A stretch of DNA of 64,000 nucleotides from Epiperipatus broadwayi (Eukaryota; Animalia; Onychophora): contig JAQFVV010000005.1 of assembly GCA_028023455.1 (NCBI GenBank), forward strand, positions 11,098,001 through 11,162,000, read 5' to 3'. Positions 52,398 to 64,000 of this stretch are shown in pieces. The first letter of the stretch is position 1; each line of letters starts with the position of its first letter. The translations under genes were made by a program, and so were the position numbers. Below the pieces are notes generated by a model that saw nothing but the letters and a program-made list of their open reading frames with translations, did not search any database and was not told the origin of the DNA.

Positions 52398-53324
52398 TAG
52401 CAAACTCCATACAGTAGTGCACCCAGGGTAAGCCATAGCAATCAATGGATACTAGGTTTGTGCATGAAATCTTTATCTAGTGCCATTCATCCAATATCCC
52501 CAGACTAGTTGTGGCTTTCATAAATCTGGAGCTTTGAATTTGAGATCACTGCACCTAGATCTGCAATCTGCCCACAGCCACTTTTTGCCTATTTAATTAA
52601 CTGTAAAGTTGTGAGTCAAAAATGATAACAATGTTTTCAATTCTAGCTAAATGGTTTGTATAACCTTACAGATCTGAATCACTTCCATATCTATACATTT
52701 TGATATCTTTGCTTTATTAATCCATAGTCACCATCATTCTGTGGGAAAAAATAGTATTAAACTACAAAACCTCACATGATCACCATTTTTAATGCCTACA
52801 CAAGCTTTTAAAATAGCAAACTGACTTCCACTGGGTGACACTACTGTATGGAGTTTGCTACTGATTTAACAGCTTGTATAAGCATGGGAAATGATTGCTG
52901 TTTAATGGTTTAATAACAATTCTGCCTATAGGATGATGGTGACTGATTATTAATAAACCAAAGATACCAAATATAGATACTGAACTAAGTTCAGATCTGT
53001 ATGACTACACAAGCCGGTGAACTTGGATTGAAAACATTTTCATTTTGGGTTCTTAACCAAATGTAAAAGGTCTTGCAGCTGGAAGGTTGCATTCGATCCA
53101 AAGATATAGATATAGTGCTCTCAGATCTGAGGCTCCTCACTGATGAAAACCACAAACTAAAAACTAGTCTGGAGATACTGGATGAGTAGGCATTAGATAA
53201 TTTTATACACAAACCTTCTAGCATCCATTGATTGCTATGGCTTGCACTGACACTATTTTATGGAGGATTTGTTATTGTTTAACAGCTTGTGTAAGCACAA
53301 AAAATGGTGATCATGTGATGTTTA
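52398..53324. mobile_element. FB-A cluster: antisense arm, mini-foldback and long sense arm
   Basis: 52398-52640 (-), 52767-52903 (mini foldback) and 52990-53324 (+), all homologous to 4415-4893. Confidence 0.75.
53134..53175 (+). ncRNA. FB-A hammerhead motif, G12A
   Basis: UCCUCA-CUGAUGA-AAACCACAAACUA-AAAA-CUAGUC-UGGAGA. Confidence 0.55.
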
Positions 53325-56300
53325 GTGATTAGATTTCTGGAAATGATTGAAAGAAATAATGGAACTGGGTTTTTCTGAAAAATTCAAAAATTTTGTAAGA
53401 ATATGGAATAATCTTTACTGAAGTACTTTATATAATCCAAAATCAAATGGATTTGCACAAAATGCATTTTAATAAAATGCTTCAGAATTTTAACCAGATA
53501 TAGATACACATGAAATAGTATATGTAGCATTACTGAACAACATATAGCTTCATAACATATAACTGGAAATCACCAGTAGTTATTAGTCCAATTTTTGAGA
53601 ATATATTCTCTAGTACTACCAACAAAAATCCAATTTGAATTAAATTGTTAAAAGAAATTTTACACTAGGTAATAACATATGAGAATAAAGAAATGGATTG
53701 ATATAACTGATTAAAATTAATTAATTAATCTATTAATGCAAATATTTGTGGTAGAAAATGAATGCAAAAACTGAAACATAGTCTATCATCTGGCAATCAT
53801 TGGCTACCCAACTTTACTATCAAGGGCAGCATTATGGAAAATGTTCTTTTTATCAATTTTTTCTTCTATATGAAAAATAATATTTAAGAGTTATTGGTTA
53901 AATATTAAAGTATAGGAATGCAATAAATAAAATGATTTAAAAGAGCTTTTGGGGACATAAACTGTTAGTAAAAATTAATTTAATATGTTATAACAAAGTA
54001 ACATGATTTATTACTTCAGAGCTGGAAATTTAAAAAGCTAAGTTTTTAAGAACAATAATTTAAAAGGAGAGATAGAGAGCTAGAAGGCAGTTGGAATTAG
54101 TAGTCTACTGGAGTAGCAAAGTTCTTTGCATGCAGCTCTCTATATTTTTGGATGAATCTGCTTACCCAAAGGTTCAAAAATCAGATAAAGGTATTTATAC
54201 TAATTTTATATATGCATTTGATTTAATAGTTTGATATTAATATATTATCAGAGTAATTCATGCTATTTTGTATTTACTTGTATATTATTCTGTAAATAGT
54301 GGGAAGATGGCTTACTGCCCTGTTCAAACCAGCCCTTATGTATCCACAACATCAAATTAAATCCATTGGAAACAATGAACTGAGATAATAGGTTCAATAT
54401 GCATTATCAATTTTTTTATGCAAACAGACATATAGGTATTAAAAGTTTATTGTAATAGTTACTAAATCAAGATAAAGTTAAAATGAAATAAATGCTCTTT
54501 TTCAATGGAGAGTAAAAACCTAATTAAAAAACCTTTCATATATATACATACCTATATTAATAATAAGTCAATGTGGAAGCATCACTATTTAAGACTTTAT
54601 AGGCATAGTGATGACCTAGTGTCAAGTCAATACCTAGACAACTAAGTGTTAGAGAATGAGAGTAAAATTTTACTATGTAATTTTACTACAGAATATTATT
54701 CCGTAATTTTAACTTTATCTACAACCAATATATATATACAATAATAAACAATCACAACAATTAAAAAGGTAATGAAAAAACTCTTATACTAAATAACAGA
54801 AACCAAATCCAGTATAAAAGCAAACCCAGTTCATTTCTGTTCCCTTTCATTATTTATTAAAGGATAGAATAACCACACATAACCAATATCTTAAAATCAA
54901 ACCACAGAATGTAAAATAAAATGGACGTGTTCGAAAATCTCATTTTAATTGTATAATTTTCAGTGTAAAAATTTGAAATAAATCACAATTAATGCTTAAA
55001 AGAGAGACAGTTGATAATTTCCTAACAATTTAATGAAAAAAACTGAATTTTAAGTTGATTAAGTAACAATAATGGACTGCACTATTATTCGAATGAGAGG
55101 AAAGAAAATAATATATTGCCAGCATATATATAGACGAAGTAAATTTTTGTATATAATTCCCAAATTGAAGAAAACTGAATTTATTATAAAGTACCAAGCA
55201 ATGTATTCTGGCTAAATAGTCACCATAGGATCGAAGTGCTACCATCCCAGCCTTAAAGAATGATGATTTGATTCACCTGTATACACAATGCCTCATCTGA
55301 TATGTCTGAATGGATTCAGGGGGGGAGCAACTGCAGAAATGGAAACATCGTTTCAAGCTCATTGCCGGATAATTCGAGTGAGCGATGGAAGATTTATTGG
55401 AGTAGAAAGACAAGAATAAAGATAGACTGTATCCATGAGATGTTTTTGATTCAAGGACTTTAATTAGGATGATTTGAAAAAAAATTGATTTATCATGTGT
55501 TTTATATATATATGTTTGTAAATTGCTATTCTTATTTCATTCTCACACTTGGAAGTTTCAATGCGCTCACATTTGGAATAGTCCATTATGTTGAAAAGTA
55601 ATGTAGTACATAGAGGAAGATATTTAGATTTTAAAAAATGTATATAAAGTTTAGGTTAATTCCCTCTGTAGTGACTTGACATTTAGACACCACTATGAAT
55701 TATAGGATAAGGTAAGAATTTTCTGATTTCTATTCCATATTAAGTACACACACTATTACAGGACAGAGTTTGTGATAATTGTTTATCTAATGATAGTCAT
55801 ATTTAGTTTATTCCATGTGAATGACTAATTTTCTTATATGAATGTACCTTTTCTATCAACTATGCATAGATAGGGAGTCCCAAAGAGGATGAAACAGCAA
55901 TCATCAGAATTTGATGAAGAGGCTTTTATATATGTTTGCATATTATGATAAATTAGCTAGTCAGTTTTGCAATTGTAATATTGAATCAATGATTTTTTTG
56001 TTAAATTTTCTTGCTTTGCTAATATCTAGTGTCTTATATATATATACCATGGGAAGGGTATATGATAGAGATACATATTTGACACACACATATATATATA
56101 TTTTATTATCATGTCAAGTTTGAATTTTATGTTATCAAAAAAATGTGTTTGATTTAAATTAAAATTGGTCTCTTGTTTATCAAATCATTCATACACCCAT
56201 CCAACCATTTGACTATAAATGCACACACATATGTATTATTATCATATATAACATAGCAATAGGGTTGGATGTATTTTAAGTCAAGGAGAACCTATATAGA

Positions 56301-57440
56301 GATGCGACAGCTGCTATATAAGGTAAATTCACTCCTGAAGAGCCAAAGGCAACATTCTCCTAGAGTTTAAATACTAAATTCGAAAGAGGGATGAGGTATA
56401 GATGAACTAGCCTAAATTGTGTCTGAATTTAATGTGTAAACTTAGAGTTAACCCATTGGAGGTAGATACAATCATTGGTTAGGTCACAGCATTCTACCTG
56501 AAGATCCTAGGTCCGACTGTAATAAGACATATCCTTCCTCTTCTGGTGGAAAATCTGGACTATTACAATAGTTAGTTATTAAATTTCTATTATAACTTTT
56601 TTTTTAATGTAAAAATTGTATTTTTTATTTTTTTTAACAAAGTGCTACAATGAATTATTTATAGTGAGATTTTTTTTTCTATACTATTGACAGAGCTGAT
56701 ACATTTTGATGACATCGTTTATAAATTTGTAATTTTACTGATTGTAAAAAATTATACATGGCCATATTTTGTTTACCATATTGTTTGGAAAGTACTTGAT
56801 AGTTGTAAAACCATACATTGCTTTTTTTAATAAATTTTTTTATTATATTAAGGAAATTGAGTTAATTGCATTGGTCCAAGTGTATGCACTATTATAGATG
56901 CATTATAAAGTTTAAAATTTTTAATGTGACTTTGAAGCATCTGCTTGAGATTGTTCTAATTTGGAAAGCAAAAGCTCTTAGTATGGAAAAATACAGGATT
57001 GAAAAATGTGCAGTAAGTTCTGTGTACAAAGACTGCATGTTGGATCAAACATAAGTTTATAATTTATATTTGTCAATGAGATATTTAGTTGGAATGGTAC
57101 CCTGAAATAGATTAAACAAGAATTTTAGCCAAGATTGAGATACACATAGGTTTGAAATTTAGTTAGCATCTTAAGTTTACATTCAGTATTTAAGAAAATC
57201 TTATCCTCATATATGAAATTATGTCTGATGAGCCTATATTGAATTAATCTATCAGATTAGCGTGCTGGAAGAAATAACCTGTCAAGAAGATTCTTCTGCA
57301 ATACGGCAACATATTTACTAAATTTACTGATAGTGGTATTGCATTGATTGAATGATTTTTTAGAAGTTGCTATATAAATATTTGCTCTTATATAGGAGGT
57401 TTGGAAGCAAATTAAATTTAATCCACTTTATCTATTTTTT

Positions 57441-57541
57441 AAAAGAGGCAAAACTCACTATACATATTGCCACACACAGCAAGCTTTTGCCTGTTTTAAT
57501 AGGTTATAAGCAAGTATAAGAAATGGTGATCGTGATGTTTA
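57441..57541. repeat. Mini FB-A foldback
   Basis: AGGCAAAAC...TTTTGCCTGTTTT and terminus AAATGGTGATCGTGATGTTTA. Confidence 0.6.
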
Positions 57542-57849
57542 TCTACTTTTTGTTATTGGATAGCAGATTGTTATCTACTTTTTGTTATTGGATAGCAGAC
57601 TATTTTGATTGATTACTAGAAATATAATTTAAACTTTCCTTTTTGTTTGCATAAGTCACCCAACTACTGTGGAAATTGCTAAATAATTATTTATGAAAAT
57701 ATTAGGCATTTTGTTTTCAAGTCCTTGCACAAAAAATTTCATTCATTTATTAGTCACTCCTTTGAAACAAATAGTCACTTCCAATTCTTAAGAGAACATG
57801 ATATAAAGACAGACATCAACAAAAAATTAAAGGCCATTTGTGTTACTAT

Positions 57850-58440
57850 CAAAAAAAAAAGCAACCCATGAAATACAAATATTTAATATATATGTTGACC
57901 TTTAAATCTGATTTTTAATGCTATCTTTTAAAATAAATGCAAAATCACCAAAAAAGATACTTTTAGAAAAACTATTTCCTACCATTTCAAATTTCCGATC
58001 CAATGATAAGGGACCTTTAATAATCATGCATTCAATATCATCATATCCAGCAAGCTCAAAAATATTCTGATTCCTCTCGCAATCCAGATGTTTTTGAAAT
58101 ATTACAGAACATTCTCAAAATAAATTTTTCCAATTTCTTGATATTATAACTACAGGGGTTCATATCTCATTTTCACCCAAATCTGGCAAAATAATGTTCC
58201 TTAGCTGAAATAATTATATCATATTACAATGGTAAATTATAACTTGTTAAATGCAATAGCTACACAATGAGTGTGTCTTCATCTCGATATCCAAAAGTAT
58301 CTTTCTACCTAAAATGCTACCAATATATTTAGAATCGTCAGAATTCTCAAGCTGATTATCATCAATGTAAAAAGTTGAAGATTTTTCATTCATAACTGGC
58401 TAACAAAGCTTCTAATGTTAATTACTAAATCAAAGTTTTT
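57850..58440 (-). mobile_element. RTE (BovB-like) LINE remnant
   Basis: FYIDDNQLENSDDSKYIGSIL; KKLEKFILRM; NQNIFELAGYDDIECMIIK...SKKYLFGD resembles the RTE post-RT region. Confidence 0.6.
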
Positions 58441-61021
58441 ATGAACTGCAGTCAAAACATTAATATTTTATAGATCATCTTTTGAATTGCAAGAATATCA
58501 CAATTATCAGCATATTATATAAATAAGTCTTAAAAGGTATTGTTGCTTTTAATTAATCTTAACTGAAAATTTGGAACATTAAATTTATATTGATGTCATG
58601 GAGCTACTTAAAAATTTGTCCACAGATCAGTCAATAAAAATGGATTACGAAATAAAGCATGCATAATCTTGTTTAACACTAATTTTCATTTCACGTCTCA
58701 TATTTTTTACTACCAGTAATAATACTTTTTTTCAAACTATCTTGTAACAGCTATATAATATGTGTAAACTTCTATGAATCAGCTATTTTTAATCATTGCC
58801 ATGACTAAATTTAAAAAAAGTATATAAAACTAATTTTTACTTGTGACTATTTTTTTATATGCTTTTACTTGAACTGTTTTTTTGTCTGGATGTGAAATTT
58901 TGTAAAACCATTTTCACAGACTTTCCTAATTTTCAATCTAATTGAAATTTATCATATATAAGTATACCAATTACAATACATTTTTTTATTAGTTTGGAAA
59001 TAATTTTAGCAAAAAGAAATTAGCAAAACAGCTTTATAATGGATTCAATACACTTTACGGTGCTGGCATCAAGTGAATTATTCATCTAAACTTGATTTTT
59101 GGAACTACATTAAACTAAAAAGTAGAAAATAAATTTATATATACATAATATTTAAGAAATGCTTTTAATCACATAAATTTAATAAAAAAAATTTTTTTTT
59201 CAGTTTTCACAGTATTCTTGATATTATACAAAAAGTATGGGGCATTCATGTTTAGAAATATTCTTACATTATTTCTGGACATGAATATCACATGCTTTTA
59301 TTTTGATTGCATATCGGAAATATTTTGAAAGCTTAAGAATATTTATTTTTTACTTATGCACTTATACGAATATATATTTCATATTTGACTGCTAATATTT
59401 TCTAAACTATAAAAATTTTCGCAAGCATTTACCTATGGCTCGAATAATATTAAAAAGTTAATGAAATTAACTTTGCATATATTCCATAAACATTACGAAG
59501 TGTTTTCTAGTCAATTTATTTAATAAAGGATGGATACTAAAATAAATTTCAAATGAAAGTTAATTGTAAATAAACAGTGCTGCCTTGTTACTTATAAAAG
59601 ATTACATACTGCTTCTAATACAAACTGATATTTTTTCTTTTTTTATGGACTGTTTCACATTGTACTCTATTTATGTTTTTACTTTCAGCCTGATTGGTAG
59701 AGCACAAATCAATCTAAATTTCTCATGTCATTAGACCTTTCTTTGCATTGTTTCAAAGGCATAGTGTGTTTTATGAAACCACAGTTCTAGCTTCTAATTA
59801 CATACACTGCAATTCTGATTCAAATCTTTTTTTTTTTTTCATATGTAAATTTATAATATATACATTTATTTTCTCCATCATAATATAAAACAAAGTATAC
59901 TAAAATATATAGAGAAAGTGTGGCCAGAATTTTTGTCTATGCAGTAGCTTGCTTTGCTGTCAAAGAAAGAAAGCAGATTGTTCTCTGAATCAAATCAAGA
60001 TGATTCCTTATGACTAATAATGTTAGATCTTTATTAACAGAAATTAATTACTACATACTCATGTTTAAATTGAATGTTAATTTCTTTTATCCAGAAACAA
60101 AAACTCCTTTTTTGAAATTCTAACAAGGAAAGCTATGTACTTCTTCAGTAGATGAACATATATCTAAAATATAGTGAAGAATTTCTTCAATTTTCAAAAG
60201 ATAATTTTAAAATAAGATACAGTCTATGATTAGATGGATCTGTAAATAAATAAAGTTGTCTTAGAATAATCTAGGACTCAGCATAAACATGCATTCTTTG
60301 TTCTACAGTTCACCATGCATGTAGTCCAAATAGGATCCACTTTTGAGACTATACATTATCTGTATATGTTAAGATAGATATCATTACTGTATATTAATAC
60401 AGTTTAAAAATATGTGAGGGAATTTTAGATATAAGTAAATTGTTCTATTGGATTCAAAGTATGAAATACTTAAATGTTATCTATTGTAATCAGTATAACA
60501 TATCTTCTTCCAGATGATGGCACAATGAAAAGAATTTAAAAGATGTAATTATTGCAAAGTTAAATTAATATTCATGATTAAAAAGAAAAAAATAGCTTTA
60601 GAAAAATCCAGTAAAAACAAGTTTTGATTTATGCAACCTGATTAAAAAATATTACCAATTCTCAGTTTTTATTGCACATTTTATATAATTGCCTTTTATG
60701 ATGAGTCACGGTATTTTGGGTAATTGAAGGTACTTTGTTTCAATTTTTAAAAGGTTTGTTTTTAATATATATATAATGTATTAAGAATGATATTTAATAT
60801 GCATGTGATAATTTATATAAAAAGTTTTATTCATATAAAAATTAAGCACCACAATTTTATTCTACGAGTACTTTAATACATAGTTAAATATGATTATACT
60901 ATTTACAAAATTTTTGAAAGAAAACTTATTATTTAATAACAAATATTTGTATAAACATATTTGTAAATTCTCAAATTGTCAAAATCATTTTGTTTTTTCT
61001 CAATGTCCTTAGCATTATTAA

Positions 61022-62244
61022 TATAGTGACCATAAATATTTGGATCCAAAACGGGACATTTTTGAATCCAAAATGGCACATTTTTAAAAAACATTTTTAC
61101 AACATGAAAATGGAAACAACAGTTTTTATTAATAATATATTTTATATAAAATGAACTAAAAATGCTAATGGCAATGTTAAAACATAAAAAGTCTTATAAG
61201 GTAATAAATACCTAATGAATAAAAAATGAAAATAATTTATTGATATTTTTCCATTGATAAAATTATAAAGAAAATTATAAAATTCTAGACAATCCATCTC
61301 AATGTTAACTTTTGTAGCTACCATTGATCTTAAGATTGCTATTGATAATTGGGTTTTTTTCTGAAACCTATCTTTTATTAATTAATGAAAGTATTCTTTC
61401 CACTGATAGTTCCTGGCAAACATAATATATAATCGATAATCTTTGTCATTTTTTGATGTCCTAAATTATTATTTTTGAAATATTTAAAAAATTTCTACCC
61501 AATATAATTCAGTTACAGTTTTTTTTTTTCATATCCACTCCTCTATTTTTTCCAATAGTAACATATTCATTTACTAGGATAAATTCAGAAAGTAATTTTC
61601 CATCATTTATATCAAAGAAATGATTTTTTGCTACACACTTCATGGTTTCTTCTACTTCATTCCAATTTATTTTAGATTTTAATGAACACCATTTCATCAG
61701 TTTTAATTCTTCATGACTTTATACTTTGTAAGTAATTAATAGAGGACAACATGTCATACCATCTGCTACAATGTAAATGCCCTGAAAGCAGAAAGGATAC
61801 AAATAATGAAAGTTGTAGAAGAATAAATATAAACAAAGATGATTATACAGAAAATGGATTATTAGTTTTTATGCTGGTTTGGGAAAAGATAAGGGGGATT
61901 TAGATAGAAAGGCCATGGAGTTGACAAAGATTATGTTGTGGAAATGGGATGGAGCAGGATAGAGAAGCATATGGGAAAAATGTAGGGCAGGAAATGGAAA
62001 GAGAAGATAAAGCAGCTAATAGGTTTCTCTGGGCATAGTGGCTGAGAGATTCCTGACTCCATATAAGAAGTCATAGTGCATTGCATCACAAACATTTCGA
62101 AAGTTTTGGAAACATAAAAAAATATACAAAATTTTGTTTTTAAAAAACAGGACAAACGCCCATCAGATGAAATTCATTGTGACAAGGGTAAATACTACTT
62201 TACAATAGACTGTTTCTTTCAAAATGAGAAGTTTGGTCACCTTA
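61022..62244 (-). mobile_element. Internally deleted hAT element with TIRs, 8-bp TSD and a nested LINE fragment
   Basis: Ends TATAGTGACCA / TGGTCACCTTA, subterminal AAAAC(G/A)GGACA and TSD ATTATTAA/ATTTTTAA. C-terminal CLPGT motif near 61420. Confidence 0.7.
61760..62090 (+). mobile_element. LINE 3' end (copy 3), nested in the hAT element
   Basis: Homologous to 541-870; tail GCATTGCATCAC. Confidence 0.8.
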
Positions 62245-62971
62245 ATTTTTAAACCTGATGTTGTATTGACATAGACAAACATTATCTACTATCCAAGTAT
62301 ACAGACTAACACCTTGATAATGTTATTATTTCAAATGTGCAATTATTTGGAATATTATTATTTTGACATTTTATTACTGCCTTCTTTTTCATCTTCTGAT
62401 AATAGTGAATGATTTTTTTTTTCCCTTCAATTTAAAATTTAAATTTTGATCAATACATGCATACATAAATTCAACTTTGATACTAAGAATTAATGAGATT
62501 AAATAATAATATCTACTTTCAATTATAATATAATTTCATATTTGGACTGGCATAATTGAGTATACTTCTCATCTGTTAAACACTTGATTCAATAAATTAA
62601 TCACTTTTATCACAATTATACTCCTGAATGTTTTCTGTTTTATTATTATTTAAATAATAGGTTCACTTCTAGTTGCTTTTATTAAAAAATATAGACCTTG
62701 GGCTATCAATAGAATATTAGATACTTATTATGATATAAAGAAGAGAATACCAATCATCTTTAGTTTTTTTATTTGCAACACTCTGGCGGTTAGATTATAA
62801 AAATATAAAGTTTAATACTAAAAAAGTTGGACAACCATGTAACTTTGGTTTACACTCGAAACTTGACAATATTTTTATGTCATTTTCTTGAATAATACGA
62901 CAAAAACTCAATGTGGGGATACAATTTTTTGTTTAATAATTCATTATAACTGAAAGTAGATTAATAAGAGT

Positions 62972-64000
62972 ATGAGATGAGATGCGCTGTGACTTCTCCT
63001 TTTTCGGAATCGGGAATCTCTCAGCTATCATGCCCATAGAAATCTGTTAGCTACTTTATCTTCCCTTTCCACTCACCACCTCAAGTTTTCCCATATTCTT
63101 CTCTATCCTGCTCCAGCACATTTCCCTAACATAATCTTTGTCAACTCCCTGGCCTTTATATCTAAATCCCCCTTATCTTTTTCCAAACCCAGCATAAAGA
63201 CCAAGAGCCTATCTTCTATACAATCATTTTTATATTTATTTTCCCACAACTTCATTCTTTGTGCCCCTTCTACTTGCAAGATTTACATTCATTTAACAGA
63301 TGTCTACTATTTTCTATTGCTTCCTTACACAACTTGCAGACTAAATCACCCACATTTTTCCATTTATGTGTATATTCCCTTGTTGCTAAAGATCCTATTT
63401 GAGCCTTAAACTGTAAACTACTTTTCTTGTTATTGTTATAAATTAACTGCCACCCAATATTCTGTTTACTTTTATATATATTTAAACTCTTTTTACTCTC
63501 CATACTAGTTCTCTATCTCTCCAACTCCCTATTCTTTATTAGTGCATCTATTCTTCTATCCCATTCCTTGCAACTATTTCACTTAACAATTTTCCTAACA
63601 CAATCATCCCATCTTTTGTATAAGTATACAGACAAATTCTTTACCCAAATCTTCTGTATACTGTACAACCTTTCTCACCCATCTTGTTGCCTGCCCTTTA
63701 TTCATAACCCAATTAAATATTATTTTGGCTATTCTCTTTTATACATAAACTGCAATCTACTGAACCTTTTCATTTTGCTTTTTGCATTTCTCATATAAAA
63801 ACTTGACCATCCCATTTTTCCTTGAATTGCCTCCTTTGCCGGCCACACATCTGCATCTAACGCATGTCTTCCTACTTCTATTGGTATTTTTCTAAGTAAT
63901 CTAACACCCCTTTACTAACACAATGCATCATTATCATAAATTAACCCTGCTACTGCTATTCCCTTCCATACAATTCTAGCTACTTCATATTTATTATATG
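62972..64000 (-). mobile_element. LINE 3' portion (copy 4), running off the window end
   Basis: YNKYEVARIVWKGIAVAGL...SSLQFKAQIGSL...CKLCKEAIENSRHLLNEC; tail CATCTCATCTCAT. Confidence 0.85.

Noticed and set aside
57950-58010. FEMVGNSF resembles the Dicer RNase IIIa signature (LEMLGDSF)
   Set aside because: The flanking translation fits the RTE LINE post-RT region, and the catalytic acidic residue is absent.
9632-63798. Remaining 60-110-aa ORFs in the supplied track
   Set aside because: They are F/L/I/K/Y/N-rich translations typical of AT-rich non-coding DNA or antisense frames of TE remnants. No CRISPR array, rRNA or intact tRNA gene was seen either.

Overview
Very AT-rich, CpG-depleted eukaryotic genomic DNA, probably from an arthropod; the host is an inference from base composition and TE and zinc-finger types. 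I find no intact protein-coding gene. The only host-type gene is a disrupted tandem C2H2 zinc-finger array (32.4-33.55 kb, minus strand). The rest is mostly decayed mobile DNA: four copies of one LINE 3' end, CR1/L2-like and RTE-like RT remnants, three hAT remnants (one Buster-type with TIRs and TSD), a Gypsy pol remnant, tRNA-derived repeats and two Penelope-like (GIY-YIG) remnants. Three features stand out. (1) Several non-coding foldback repeat families (named FB-A, FB-B, FB-C here); FB-A and FB-B arms carry minimal type I hammerhead ribozyme motifs with a palindromic stem III, and FB-C has only a more eroded core. At one locus they are arranged as one inverted plus two tandem copies, like a retrozyme or an ORF-less Penelope derivative. 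(2) A Penelope fragment flanked by inverted pLTRs that each contain a tRNA-like Pol III head followed by a hammerhead. (3) A 4.3-kb non-autonomous LTR element with 1.6-kb LTRs, a tRNA-Lys PBS and a PPT, whose leader is a ~175-bp antisense copy of U5 enclosing the PBS. Every individual hammerhead copy has at least one lesion; only the consensus is complete. All alignments and folds were done by eye and are not computed.
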